IMG/VR virus record: IMGVR_UViG_3300025770_001492
Coordinates: 124,001 to 188,000 of that record
DNA: 64,000 nt
Direction: 5' to 3' (one strand)
This document shows, one piece after another, positions 9,389-17,001 of this stretch. The notes under the pieces are model-generated. The model was not told the DNA's origin. It searched no databases and saw only the letters and a program-made list of their open reading frames with translations. The number at the start of each line of letters is the position of its first letter. Position 1 is the stretch's first letter. Both the position numbers and the translations under genes were made by a program.

Positions 9389-10418
9389 ACCTTACAAAAG
9401 TTGTACACTTGCTAAGATCTTTTAATCTGGTTGCCCCAACATAAGAACAAGCACTTCTTATGCCGCCTTCGATATTTTGGATAACATTCTGAACAGGGCC
9501 TTTATATGGTATTTTCACGACTTTTCCCTCTGCTGCACGATGGCTTGCCATGCCCCCTGAATATTTGTCCATAGCGGTTTCACTGCTCATCCCATAAAAA
9601 ATTAATGCTTCTTTTATATCTGGTCCAGCATCTGAATATTCCCATTCGCCTTCACATTCCTCTGTGCCAGACAACATCCCACCAAGCATTGCGAAATCTG
9701 CACCTGCTCCAAAAGCTTTTGCAATGTCGCCAGAGGTAGTGCATCCTCCATCGGCGCAAACCAGTCCTCCAAGTCCATGTGCAGCATCGGCACACTCAAT
9801 GATTGCAGACAACTGCGGGTAGCCAACGCCAGCAACAATGCGAGTTTCACAAACACTGCCCGGTCCAATTCCCACTTTAACAATGTCTGCACCCGCAAAT
9901 AAAAGTTCTTGTACCATTTCAGGAGTGCAAACATTTCCAACCATCAAATCGATGGCTGGGTATTGCTCTCTAAACCTTTTAACTTTGTCAACGAAAGCTG
10001 CACTGTACCCGTTCGCCACATCTATACAAACATGCTGTAGCCTTTCTCCACAGCCCGTGCCTTGAAAAAAGACACGTTCGAATTTGGCCATGTCTGAGTC
10101 AACAATTCCAAGTGTGTACCATGCGTGATTGATAACTTCATCTGATTCATTTTTGAAAAAATCAATTAATTCAGATGTTTTATAATGCTTATGAAGACAA
10201 ACGTCCATTCCATGTTTTGCGAATTCTCTGGCCATATCCATAGTGCCAACGGTGTCCATGTTGGCTGCGAATATTGGAAATCCGTCATACCAATTTTTTG
10301 AATTCTTATATTGATAAGTTCTCTTTATGACAACATTTGAACGACTTGCTGTCTCGGATCTCTTTGGCCGAATTAGAACGTCACAAAAATCAAGCTTAAT
10401 GCCGTCTTCAATTTTCAT
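9354..10418 (-). CDS. guaC: GMP reductase
   Basis: KLDFCDVLIRPKRS, AANMD, IDVANGYS, KVGIGPGSVC, GYPQLSA, FYGMSS-like, RSACSYVGA. Confidence 0.95.
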   Translation of the reverse strand: MKIEDGIKLDFCDVLIRPKRSETASRSNVVIKRTYQYKNSKNWYDGFPIFAANMDTVGTMDMAREFAKHGMDVCLHKHYKTSELIDFFKNESDEVINHAWYTLGIVDSDMAKFERVFFQGTGCGERLQHVCIDVANGYSAAFVDKVKRFREQYPAIDLMVGNVCTPEMVQELLFAGADIVKVGIGPGSVCETRIVAGVGYPQLSAIIECADAAHGLGGLVCADGGCTTSGDIAKAFGAGADFAMLGGMLSGTEECEGEWEYSDAGPDIKEALIFYGMSSETAMDKYSGGMASHRAAEGKVVKIPYKGPVQNVIQNIEGGIRSACSYVGATRLKDLSKCTTFVRCARTHNTVYGE

Positions 10419-10436
10419 TTTATAAATCCGTCTTTA

Positions 10437-10751
10437 CTACCAATCTTTTTTATACTCAAAACCCTGAATGTAGCTGTCTTCCTCTTTCTCCGAAGGGATC
10501 AATGACCATTTTCCTTCATCGTCTCCATCTGCTTTGTTCTCTTCAAAACTTGTTGTATATTTTTGCTCTATATCTTTAATGGGCAAATCAGGTTGAGGAT
10601 CATATGACCTTATCAAAAACCCACCTGCAAATCCTGCAAGTAAACCAATAAGTAAAACATTTAAAATTTCTGAGTGAATTAGGCTCTTGCCGTTCTCACT
10701 CTTTTCCGTTTTTTCCGACTCTTTTGTCATTTTCTGCCAATTCCTTTTCAT
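10437..10751 (-). CDS. single-pass membrane protein
   Basis: Hydrophobic ILNVLLIGLLAGFAGGFLI. Confidence 0.6.
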   Translation of the reverse strand: MKRNWQKMTKESEKTEKSENGKSLIHSEILNVLLIGLLAGFAGGFLIRSYDPQPDLPIKDIEQKYTTSFEENKADGDDEGKWSLIPSEKEEDSYIQGFEYKKDW

Positions 10752-11241
10752 AGTTTAAAATTAAGAAGTAGTTATGATCCTCTACATTTGAAATTTTCCA
10801 TTTTTTATCTAATTCAGGAAAAAAAGTATCACCTTTATGGCACTTAGCTTTGATTAAACTCACGATTACCGAGTCAACCAAATCGTTCTCAAGTACATAC
10901 CGATACAATTGCCCGCCACCAATTATGTAAATATCTTTATCTGGCCAAAGATCTTTTGAATAACCTAAAGCAGATTCAACAGATTCTGTTGAAATAAATG
11001 AATCATCTTGATGCATTGACTTTGGAAACTCTAAGCCTGTCGCATTAGAGGTGACAACAATGTTCTGCCTGTTTGGAAGAGGCTTTTTAGGAAGGCTATC
11101 CCAAGTTTTTCTTCCCATTACAACAACGTGATCCGTGGTTAATCTCTTAAAGTTTTTAAGATCTTCAGGAACGCTCCAAGGAATCTTTCCTTCATTTCCG
11201 ATGACTCTGTTTTCATCGTGTGCAACAATTAATTTAATCAT
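10696..11241 (-). CDS. folA: dihydrofolate reductase
   Basis: LIVAHDENRVIG..IPW..DLKNFK..VVMGRKTW..LPNRQN..IIGGGQLY..GDTFFP. Confidence 0.95.
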   Translation of the reverse strand: MIKLIVAHDENRVIGNEGKIPWSVPEDLKNFKRLTTDHVVVMGRKTWDSLPKKPLPNRQNIVVTSNATGLEFPKSMHQDDSFISTESVESALGYSKDLWPDKDIYIIGGGQLYRYVLENDLVDSVIVSLIKAKCHKGDTFFPELDKKWKISNVEDHNYFLILNYEKELAENDKRVGKNGKE

Positions 11242-12110
11242 ACTGCAACTTCGAACTTTATTTCTGGCTCAGGGTTATAATCTTCTAAGACGAAATCAGA
11301 AGGCTTGTAGTCTTCAATTGAATTGGCTGTGGCGAAGATTTTCAAAACGGGAGAATCAGGCTTGCCTCTAGAAAGATATTCCTCAACAGCTTCTATCTGA
11401 TTGACATAGATGTGACTGTCTGCTGTCGTATGAATAAACTCGTAAGGCTCTAAATCCGCTTGTTGGGCAAGCATATAAATCAAAGCACTATAGAATGCTA
11501 TGTTAAAAGGAACACCAACAGGGAAATCACAAGAGCGTTGCGTAAGCATACCGCTAAGTTTGCCATCATGCGTATAACACTGGAAAGTGTAATGACAAGG
11601 AGGCAATCTCATTTGATGCATCATCTTAGGATTCCATAGGGAGAAGAGAATCCTTCTATCATTTGGATTATTTTTTAAAAGATCAACCATGTAAGCAAGT
11701 TGATCAAAACCACCTTCTCCATAAAGTGGATTAGCATTAACTTCGCTTGAGCCGTTTCCATAGTGTCCACCAAAATGCCTAAGCTGGAAGCCATACAAGG
11801 GACCAAACGCACCGTCTACAAATCCATTTTCTTCTTCGAACTCTTTGTCCAGCCAAGGAGTCCAAAACCCACAACCTAGATCTTTCAAATCTTGGTTTAA
11901 AGTGCTACCGGACAAAAACCAAAGAAGCTCGCCAACCATTGATTTATGGCGAATTTTTCGTCTGGTCAAAAGAGGAAATCTCTCATCAATCCTATAGCGA
12001 GATTGCATTCCAAAAAGAGAAATAGTATCAACGCCTGTGCGATTTGTCTTTCTTATTCCGTGTTTTAGAATCTTTTCCAAAGCATCGTCATAATCTTGCA
12101 TCAAATACAT
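11238..12110 (-). CDS. thyA: thymidylate synthase
   Basis: NRTG, ELLWF, GPLYGFQ, DRR, LPPCH, QRSCD, VPFNIAFY, HIY. Confidence 0.95.
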   Translation of the reverse strand: MYLMQDYDDALEKILKHGIRKTNRTGVDTISLFGMQSRYRIDERFPLLTRRKIRHKSMVGELLWFLSGSTLNQDLKDLGCGFWTPWLDKEFEEENGFVDGAFGPLYGFQLRHFGGHYGNGSSEVNANPLYGEGGFDQLAYMVDLLKNNPNDRRILFSLWNPKMMHQMRLPPCHYTFQCYTHDGKLSGMLTQRSCDFPVGVPFNIAFYSALIYMLAQQADLEPYEFIHTTADSHIYVNQIEAVEEYLSRGKPDSPVLKIFATANSIEDYKPSDFVLEDYNPEPEIKFEVAV

Positions 12111-12119
12111 TTAAGTTCT

Positions 12120-12278
12120 CTAAGGCTTTACTTTTGATAATCTGTCTTTTATTTTTTCCAAAAGAGGCTCTTCACTCTCGTCGTAATCACGCACGAGTGC
12201 CAAACCACCAAGAGCCTTCTTTAAAAAATCAATTTCTTCAGATCGAAGCATGACAGGGTAAACCATTACATTTTTCAT
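12120..12278 (-). CDS. small hypothetical protein
   Basis: ATG 12278 right after ppiC stop. Confidence 0.55.
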   Translation of the reverse strand: MKNVMVYPVMLRSEEIDFLKKALGGLALVRDYDESEEPLLEKIKDRLSKVKP

Positions 12279-12279
12279 T

Positions 12280-12555
12280 TCAATCTCTGGCTGTGACTTG
12301 TAGCAGATGATAACCAAACTGCGTCTTCACTGGTCCTTGCACTTCGTTCAGGGGGCAGCTAAATACAACTTGATCAAACTCAGGAACCATTCTTCCTCTT
12401 CCAAAAGATCCTAGCCCACCACCAGTTTGACCTGATGGGCATTTTGAATAATCTTTGGCGGCTTGTCCAAAATCCGACCCAGATTCAATCTCTTTTTTCA
12501 GTTCTAAACATCGTGCCTCTGAGTCTACCAAAATATGTCTTGCAGTCGCTTGCAT
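12280..12555 (-). CDS. ppiC: parvulin-type peptidyl-prolyl isomerase
   Basis: ARHILV, SKCPSG..GG.LG.F..G.MVPEFD, GPVKTQFGYHL. Confidence 0.95.
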   Translation of the reverse strand: MQATARHILVDSEARCLELKKEIESGSDFGQAAKDYSKCPSGQTGGGLGSFGRGRMVPEFDQVVFSCPLNEVQGPVKTQFGYHLLQVTARD

Positions 12556-12576
12556 CTTAATTCTCTCTAAAGTTTA

Positions 12577-12720
12577 AAAAAAAAGACGCCCCAGAGGATT
12601 CGAACCCCAAAGCCCAGCATCTTGTGCTTGCTAGAGCGTTATGGGAATAATCGTTTTTCAAATGAATTGCTTCAAATGAAAGTTCGGCTTCCCAAACCGC
12701 TGACATTGTAGTGTCAGGTT
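12577..12720 (-). ncRNA. candidate structured RNA ending in T-arm-like hairpin and U-tract
   Basis: Minus strand ...CTAGCA/TGCTGG stem-GCTTT-GGGGTTCGAATCCTC-TGGGGCGTC-U-tract; further stems CTGACA/TGTCAG and TGGGAA/TTCCCA; no D-arm or anticodon arm. Confidence 0.5.
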
Positions 12721-12780
12721 TTCTAATATAATTATTTTTAACTTAAGTAATATTTAAAATCTTCTTTATAATTAATAAGC

Positions 12781-12813
12781 AAAAACAGTCTCCTGCCCTT
12801 TGGCAAGGATACT
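12781..12813 (-). terminator. probable intrinsic terminator
   Basis: Bulged TCCTGCC/GGCAAGGA hairpin next to an A-run (+), downstream of 12881..13279. Confidence 0.45.
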
Positions 12814-12880
12814 AGATCAGTGTTCCTGCGACGGTAATAATATAGTAATCAATCAGAATAATCAATGCCGAATTGAAAAA

Positions 12881-13279
12881 TTACATGGGTGACTGAGAAT
12901 CCAAGCCTTGCAGAAGTGCGGTGTTCAACTGATCAACAGGAATCGTATAAACTTTGTTATCTGGATCTTCATAAGCACTGACTCTGATTTGCTTTCCATC
13001 ATCGTCTTTTTTAAACTTTTTCTTTGTTGTATCACTTGTATCGTTCATCATCTGGATTTTAGCATGGGTTATATTTCCATCAGAATCACGATCATACCCT
13101 AAAATTTTATATCCAGATAGGTTATATGAATTTCCACCTATAGAAAACTGAGAAATAGTCTGCGGACTGTCTGCAACTAGTTCAGGGGGTATTCCTAGCT
13201 CGTCTTCAATTTGGTTTAAATAATCTATTTTTTGTTTTTGATATTCCAAAAAATCTCTAAATGATAAATTGTTGTTCAT
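12881..13279 (-). CDS. hypothetical protein, capsid-targeting-like N-terminus
   Basis: MNNNLSFRDFLE; TATATA 4 nt upstream of ATG. Confidence 0.75.
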   Translation of the reverse strand: MNNNLSFRDFLEYQKQKIDYLNQIEDELGIPPELVADSPQTISQFSIGGNSYNLSGYKILGYDRDSDGNITHAKIQMMNDTSDTTKKKFKKDDDGKQIRVSAYEDPDNKVYTIPVDQLNTALLQGLDSQSPM

Positions 13280-13324
13280 GCCTTATATACTCTATGAGTA
13301 GATCTTTTTTTGAGAAACATTAAT

Positions 13325-13678
13325 ATGAATAAATCTCCTGCATTTTCTGAATTTAGAAATCTAATGGACACATGGGACAAACAAGTCCTCCATGAGAACA
13401 CAATAGACAATTTTATAGATAAAAACGGCCTTTTATTATTTTTCACAAAAGGAAAAAATTGCTTTGGAGCACCAGAGCAAAGCAGGTTAATTTTTGCAAA
13501 ATTAAAATCCGATGATGAAGATTGCGAAGAAGACGGCTGGAGAGATGAAGCATCCTTCGCCGCATTAAATTTACAAGATGCACTAAACGGTGAAGAAAAA
13601 CAGCATATTTTTTCTAATAGAGACTTGAATTCTATAAAGATAATAGACAAACGTGCTCTTTACGAGAAGTTAAAATGA
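13325..13678 (+). CDS. hypothetical protein
   Basis: ORF coupled (ATGA) to the downstream nuclease. Confidence 0.7.
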   Translation: MNKSPAFSEFRNLMDTWDKQVLHENTIDNFIDKNGLLLFFTKGKNCFGAPEQSRLIFAKLKSDDEDCEEDGWRDEASFAALNLQDALNGEEKQHIFSNRDLNSIKIIDKRALYEKLK

Positions 13679-14358
13679 CCCTTCCTTTTGACAACACTAA
13701 TAAAAATCAAAGAAAGTATCAGTGTTTTGTATGCGGCAGACAATATATGTCTTTTTCTGAATTTAAGGAACATATATTAGAAACCCATGATGAAGGTCGT
13801 GAGTTTCTAATATGCCCATGCGAACACTGCGGTGCTCCTGTCAGGGATATGAGGATGCACTTCAAGGTGAAGCACCCACACTCTCCCATCCCCAAGAAGG
13901 GAATGATGAAAGCACTTGTCTGGAAAGATATGTCTCCAAAGAAAGGGAATTCAAAAGGCAAAAAAACTAAAAAGCCTAAATTCAGAGAAGGATATTACGA
14001 ATCTGCAAAAATGAAAAAATCGCTCCACTACCGATCTGGATATGAAGCGACAATATACGAATGCCTAGATTCTTGGCACAAGGTCGTGGCATTCGAAGTA
14101 GAGCCTTTCGAGATACCGTACATCTATAAAGGATCGGGACATAAGTATATTCCTGATTTACTTGTTCACTACAAAGATGGAGAAAAAGAAGTTTGGGAAA
14201 TAAAACCAGCAAACCAAACTACTCTTGAAAAAAATACCCAAAAATGGAGAGCAGCAGAGTTAGCATTAGAACATAGAGGGTGGAAATTCGTAGTTGTTAC
14301 AGAAGTTGGAATAGATAAACTAAAGCAGTTGGTAAGAAACCAATTTTTAAACGATTAA
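13675..14358 (+). CDS. C2H2 zinc-finger / TnsA-like (T4 gp4 head-completion-like) endonuclease fusion
   Basis: YQCFVCG...HILETH and CEHCG...HFKVKH fingers; YRSGYE..VEPFEIPY..YIPD..EIKP..KW.AA....GWKF.VVTE. Confidence 0.8.
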   Translation: MTLPFDNTNKNQRKYQCFVCGRQYMSFSEFKEHILETHDEGREFLICPCEHCGAPVRDMRMHFKVKHPHSPIPKKGMMKALVWKDMSPKKGNSKGKKTKKPKFREGYYESAKMKKSLHYRSGYEATIYECLDSWHKVVAFEVEPFEIPYIYKGSGHKYIPDLLVHYKDGEKEVWEIKPANQTTLEKNTQKWRAAELALEHRGWKFVVVTEVGIDKLKQLVRNQFLND

Positions 14359-14828
14359 TCGCCTTTAATTACTCTAAATGAATCTTCATCAAAGTGTTGC
14401 GTGCTGAACTCAAAGAGCCAAGTGTCTTTGATGCCTTCCATCATATGCCTTAGACCAATAGGAATTTGAAACGTATCCCCTTCTTCTAAAACTATAATTC
14501 CATGTTGTGAAAATTGCTTTATCTCTAATTTTTCCCCGTCTGCTGTGATGGTTTGTCCTTTTTTATCAACAGGATACATTTGGTTTTTCATCAAATCAGA
14601 GTGAACATCATCATCGCTCCACCAAACTTTCAATTCGCCCTTATGCACATAAAAAGTTTCTGTTTTAATCTTGTGGTAATGAAAGCTACACTTTTTTCCA
14701 CGCTTAAAAAACAAAAGCTTTCCACAATACTTTTCAGAATTGACTATCCAGTCTTCATATCCCCACCCTTTTGAAACAAAGACTCTGCTAGGTTGAGGAG
14801 TTACTTCGTGCCCTTGAATGTGCCTCAT
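14355..14828 (-). CDS. cupin (sugar-phosphate isomerase-like)
   Basis: KGWGYE, YCGKLL, SFHYHKIKTETFYV, HMM, EFSTQH. Confidence 0.8.
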   Translation of the reverse strand: MRHIQGHEVTPQPSRVFVSKGWGYEDWIVNSEKYCGKLLFFKRGKKCSFHYHKIKTETFYVHKGELKVWWSDDDVHSDLMKNQMYPVDKKGQTITADGEKLEIKQFSQHGIIVLEEGDTFQIPIGLRHMMEGIKDTWLFEFSTQHFDEDSFRVIKGD

Positions 14829-15535
14829 GCTATCGCCTTGTATCTATTTTTGATATATGGAACTACAATTTCATCAATCTTTTTATAAAGATCTTGAACA
14901 GTTCCATCATTACGAATAAACAAATGAACCAAGTCGGCACCCTCTGGCAAGCTGGTTAGCTCATTGGGATCTAAATTTAAAAGGAAATCACCTGTGTCTC
15001 CCTCTACATTTGTTTTCTTCCAAAAGTCTACCGCAGGCTTGATTTGCTTTTCAGACCCATTGGGATCATCGTTTTCACGTTCTGGATGCCAAACTAAAAT
15101 ATTTGTGCCGTTAACCGAGAATATCTTGTCTAATTCATTTATGTATCTGGCATCTGAAATGATGACTGAATCTTCTCTATTTAAAAACGGCTTATTAAGC
15201 CACACATCGCCCTGAATTTCTCGAAAGCCATCGCCTATAAATTGTAAAGATTGCCTAACGGGCTTTAAAAATCCTGGCGGAGGTTCTGGAATCGTTTTCC
15301 ACTTTTCGATAAAGTCCATATCGACACCAAAAGTGTCACAAAAAACCTTTTTAACCCCTGCGGCGAATGCATCTCTCCGGTAAGAAAGGTTGAAAATGCT
15401 GGATGAGTTGAAAGGACTTTGTATTGGGCGGCGATCAAGTATAGCGGAATACAAGTAGTCGGCAATTGTGTCTTTACCATTTTGCATCTGTCCAGCTACT
15501 CCAACAGCGGCAAAATTTAGATTTTCGGCTATCAT
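14825..15535 (-). CDS. deoxynucleoside monophosphate kinase (T4 gp1-like)
   Basis: GQMQNGKDT, FA..VK, RQSLQFIG, ISDARYINE, SE, IRNDGT. Confidence 0.85.
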   Translation of the reverse strand: MIAENLNFAAVGVAGQMQNGKDTIADYLYSAILDRRPIQSPFNSSSIFNLSYRRDAFAAGVKKVFCDTFGVDMDFIEKWKTIPEPPPGFLKPVRQSLQFIGDGFREIQGDVWLNKPFLNREDSVIISDARYINELDKIFSVNGTNILVWHPERENDDPNGSEKQIKPAVDFWKKTNVEGDTGDFLLNLDPNELTSLPEGADLVHLFIRNDGTVQDLYKKIDEIVVPYIKNRYKAIA

Positions 15536-15599
15536 TTTAATTTCCTGTTAAATATAATAAAATATAACACTAATTTAACTACAACAAGGTTGAAAATCA

Positions 15600-15878
15600 A
15601 TGGCAAAAAAAGTAGAAAAAACATGCAAGAACTGCCAATTATACAACCAAAAGAGCGGAGAATGTAGTGTAATAGTCCTTCATGAAGGAGAAAAAATAAA
15701 CATTCCTGTTGATCCAGAGGATGCATGTTTTTTTGAAAATGAATTCATAGAAAAATATAAACCTATTCAGGACGTAAAACAAGTTAAGCTTTGGGTAGAA
15801 GATCCAAAAACTGGCGAAAAGACTACGGATGGAGTCGTAAAAATAGAATACCCAACTGATTTTTTTGGTGAAGAATAA
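15600..15878 (+). CDS. hypothetical protein with CxxC
   Basis: CKNC...C...C; abuts the downstream Cys-rich gene. Confidence 0.7.
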   Translation: MAKKVEKTCKNCQLYNQKSGECSVIVLHEGEKINIPVDPEDACFFENEFIEKYKPIQDVKQVKLWVEDPKTGEKTTDGVVKIEYPTDFFGEE

Positions 15879-15879
15879 T

Positions 15880-17001
15880 ATGGCGACATTGGAAAACTGC
15901 TGCGGAGGAGGAGGAGGAGGAGGGGTAGACTCAAACTGCTGCGGTCCTTTTAGCCTCGGAACGCCTGGCAGTGGTTGGTCCTCTTGTTGCGACAACGTTT
16001 GTCCGCCACCCGTTTGCTGCTGTGGGAGCGTTACGTTCAATTATCAATGCGGTGGAGGCGGAACTGGTGCGTCAGACTGCTACCCTGTAAACCCATGCGA
16101 CCTCTGTCCTCCACCTTGTGAAGGTAGCCCGCCATCTTGTACTCCGCCATCATATGACCCGCCCGATTGCATTCCATCTTGCTGCCCGCCGTCGTATGAC
16201 CCACCGTCGTATGATCCACCGTCATATGATCCACCGTCATATGAAGATCCACCAATCACGTCCAGCGTAGCGTTGAGATTTCGGTCCATTCTGCCAGAGG
16301 GTCATCCTGATTACTCGAATAATAGGTCAAATCTATCCTATGCCTTGGAAGATTTTCCAGGAATAGAAGATTTTACGAATAGTTATATTGGCATGGAAAA
16401 CAACCCCAACTATACCAAATTCGCTCGTGAATCTGGTTCGCATTTGCCAAGCCGTGAATATATTTCCAGCGAGGATTCTTTTGAGTCTCTTGGAGCCATT
16501 CAGTCTCTTGAAGTCACTCCCAGTCCATCTGTTATTGACCCGTCCTGTTGTTGCGACCCATGTACTTGTGCAACGACTAGTGTCACCGTGACTTTCTCAG
16601 GTTGCTGCCTGTATATTGATGGGTGCAGCATCACCACTGTTGGATCTGGAGACCTAACATGGAACTCAGCATTCACTGCTGGCAGTTGCAGTGGGACAGT
16701 TTCTGTAAACGGGGACTCATCAGGAAGTTTATCTGTCGCAGACGGCGAGTCAGTCAGCGTATCAATCAGTGGCGTCTCAGGTGATTGCTGCAATTGTGAA
16801 TTAGTATCTCAAACAGGTTGTGGAATCGCATTTGACAATAGCAACCTCTACTCTCTTGTAAACGGGAAGTTAGCGTTAAACAAAAAAGAGTACATGAAGC
16901 AAAGAAACGCCCTAATCAAACACAGAGCGGAAACGAAACTCAGAAAATTATCCAAAGAAAGAAAGAATTCTTTGCTAAACAAAATCAGAAGAAGAAATTA
17001 A
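15880..17001 (+). CDS. Cys/Pro/Gly-rich repeat protein with basic C-terminal tail
   Basis: Many CC/CCC clusters, poly-G, PPSYD repeats, K/R-rich tail; ATG 15880. Confidence 0.75.
   Translation: MATLENCCGGGGGGGVDSNCCGPFSLGTPGSGWSSCCDNVCPPPVCCCGSVTFNYQCGGGGTGASDCYPVNPCDLCPPPCEGSPPSCTPPSYDPPDCIPSCCPPSYDPPSYDPPSYDPPSYEDPPITSSVALRFRSILPEGHPDYSNNRSNLSYALEDFPGIEDFTNSYIGMENNPNYTKFARESGSHLPSREYISSEDSFESLGAIQSLEVTPSPSVIDPSCCCDPCTCATTSVTVTFSGCCLYIDGCSITTVGSGDLTWNSAFTAGSCSGTVSVNGDSSGSLSVADGESVSVSISGVSGDCCNCELVSQTGCGIAFDNSNLYSLVNGKLALNKKEYMKQRNALIKHRAETKLRKLSKERKNSLLNKIRRRN
16144..16245 (+). repeat. 15-bp coding repeat (PPSYD): one copy plus four tandem copies
   Basis: CCRCCRTCRTATGAH units at 16144, 16186, 16201, 16216, 16231. 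Confidence 0.9.

Noticed and set aside
12700-12712. 13-mer CTGACATTGTAGT shared with 40616..40628
   Set aside because: Matches of this length are expected by chance in 64 kb of AT-rich DNA
13294-13325. Programmed frameshift at T7 joining MSRSF to the 13310 frame
   Set aside because: An in-frame ATG at 13325 suffices; it could equally be a homopolymer error and there is no supporting signal
15639-16793. Antisense ORFs over the Cys-rich gene and the many other shadow ORFs in the track
   Set aside because: They mirror repeats or codon bias of better-supported genes on the other strand or frame
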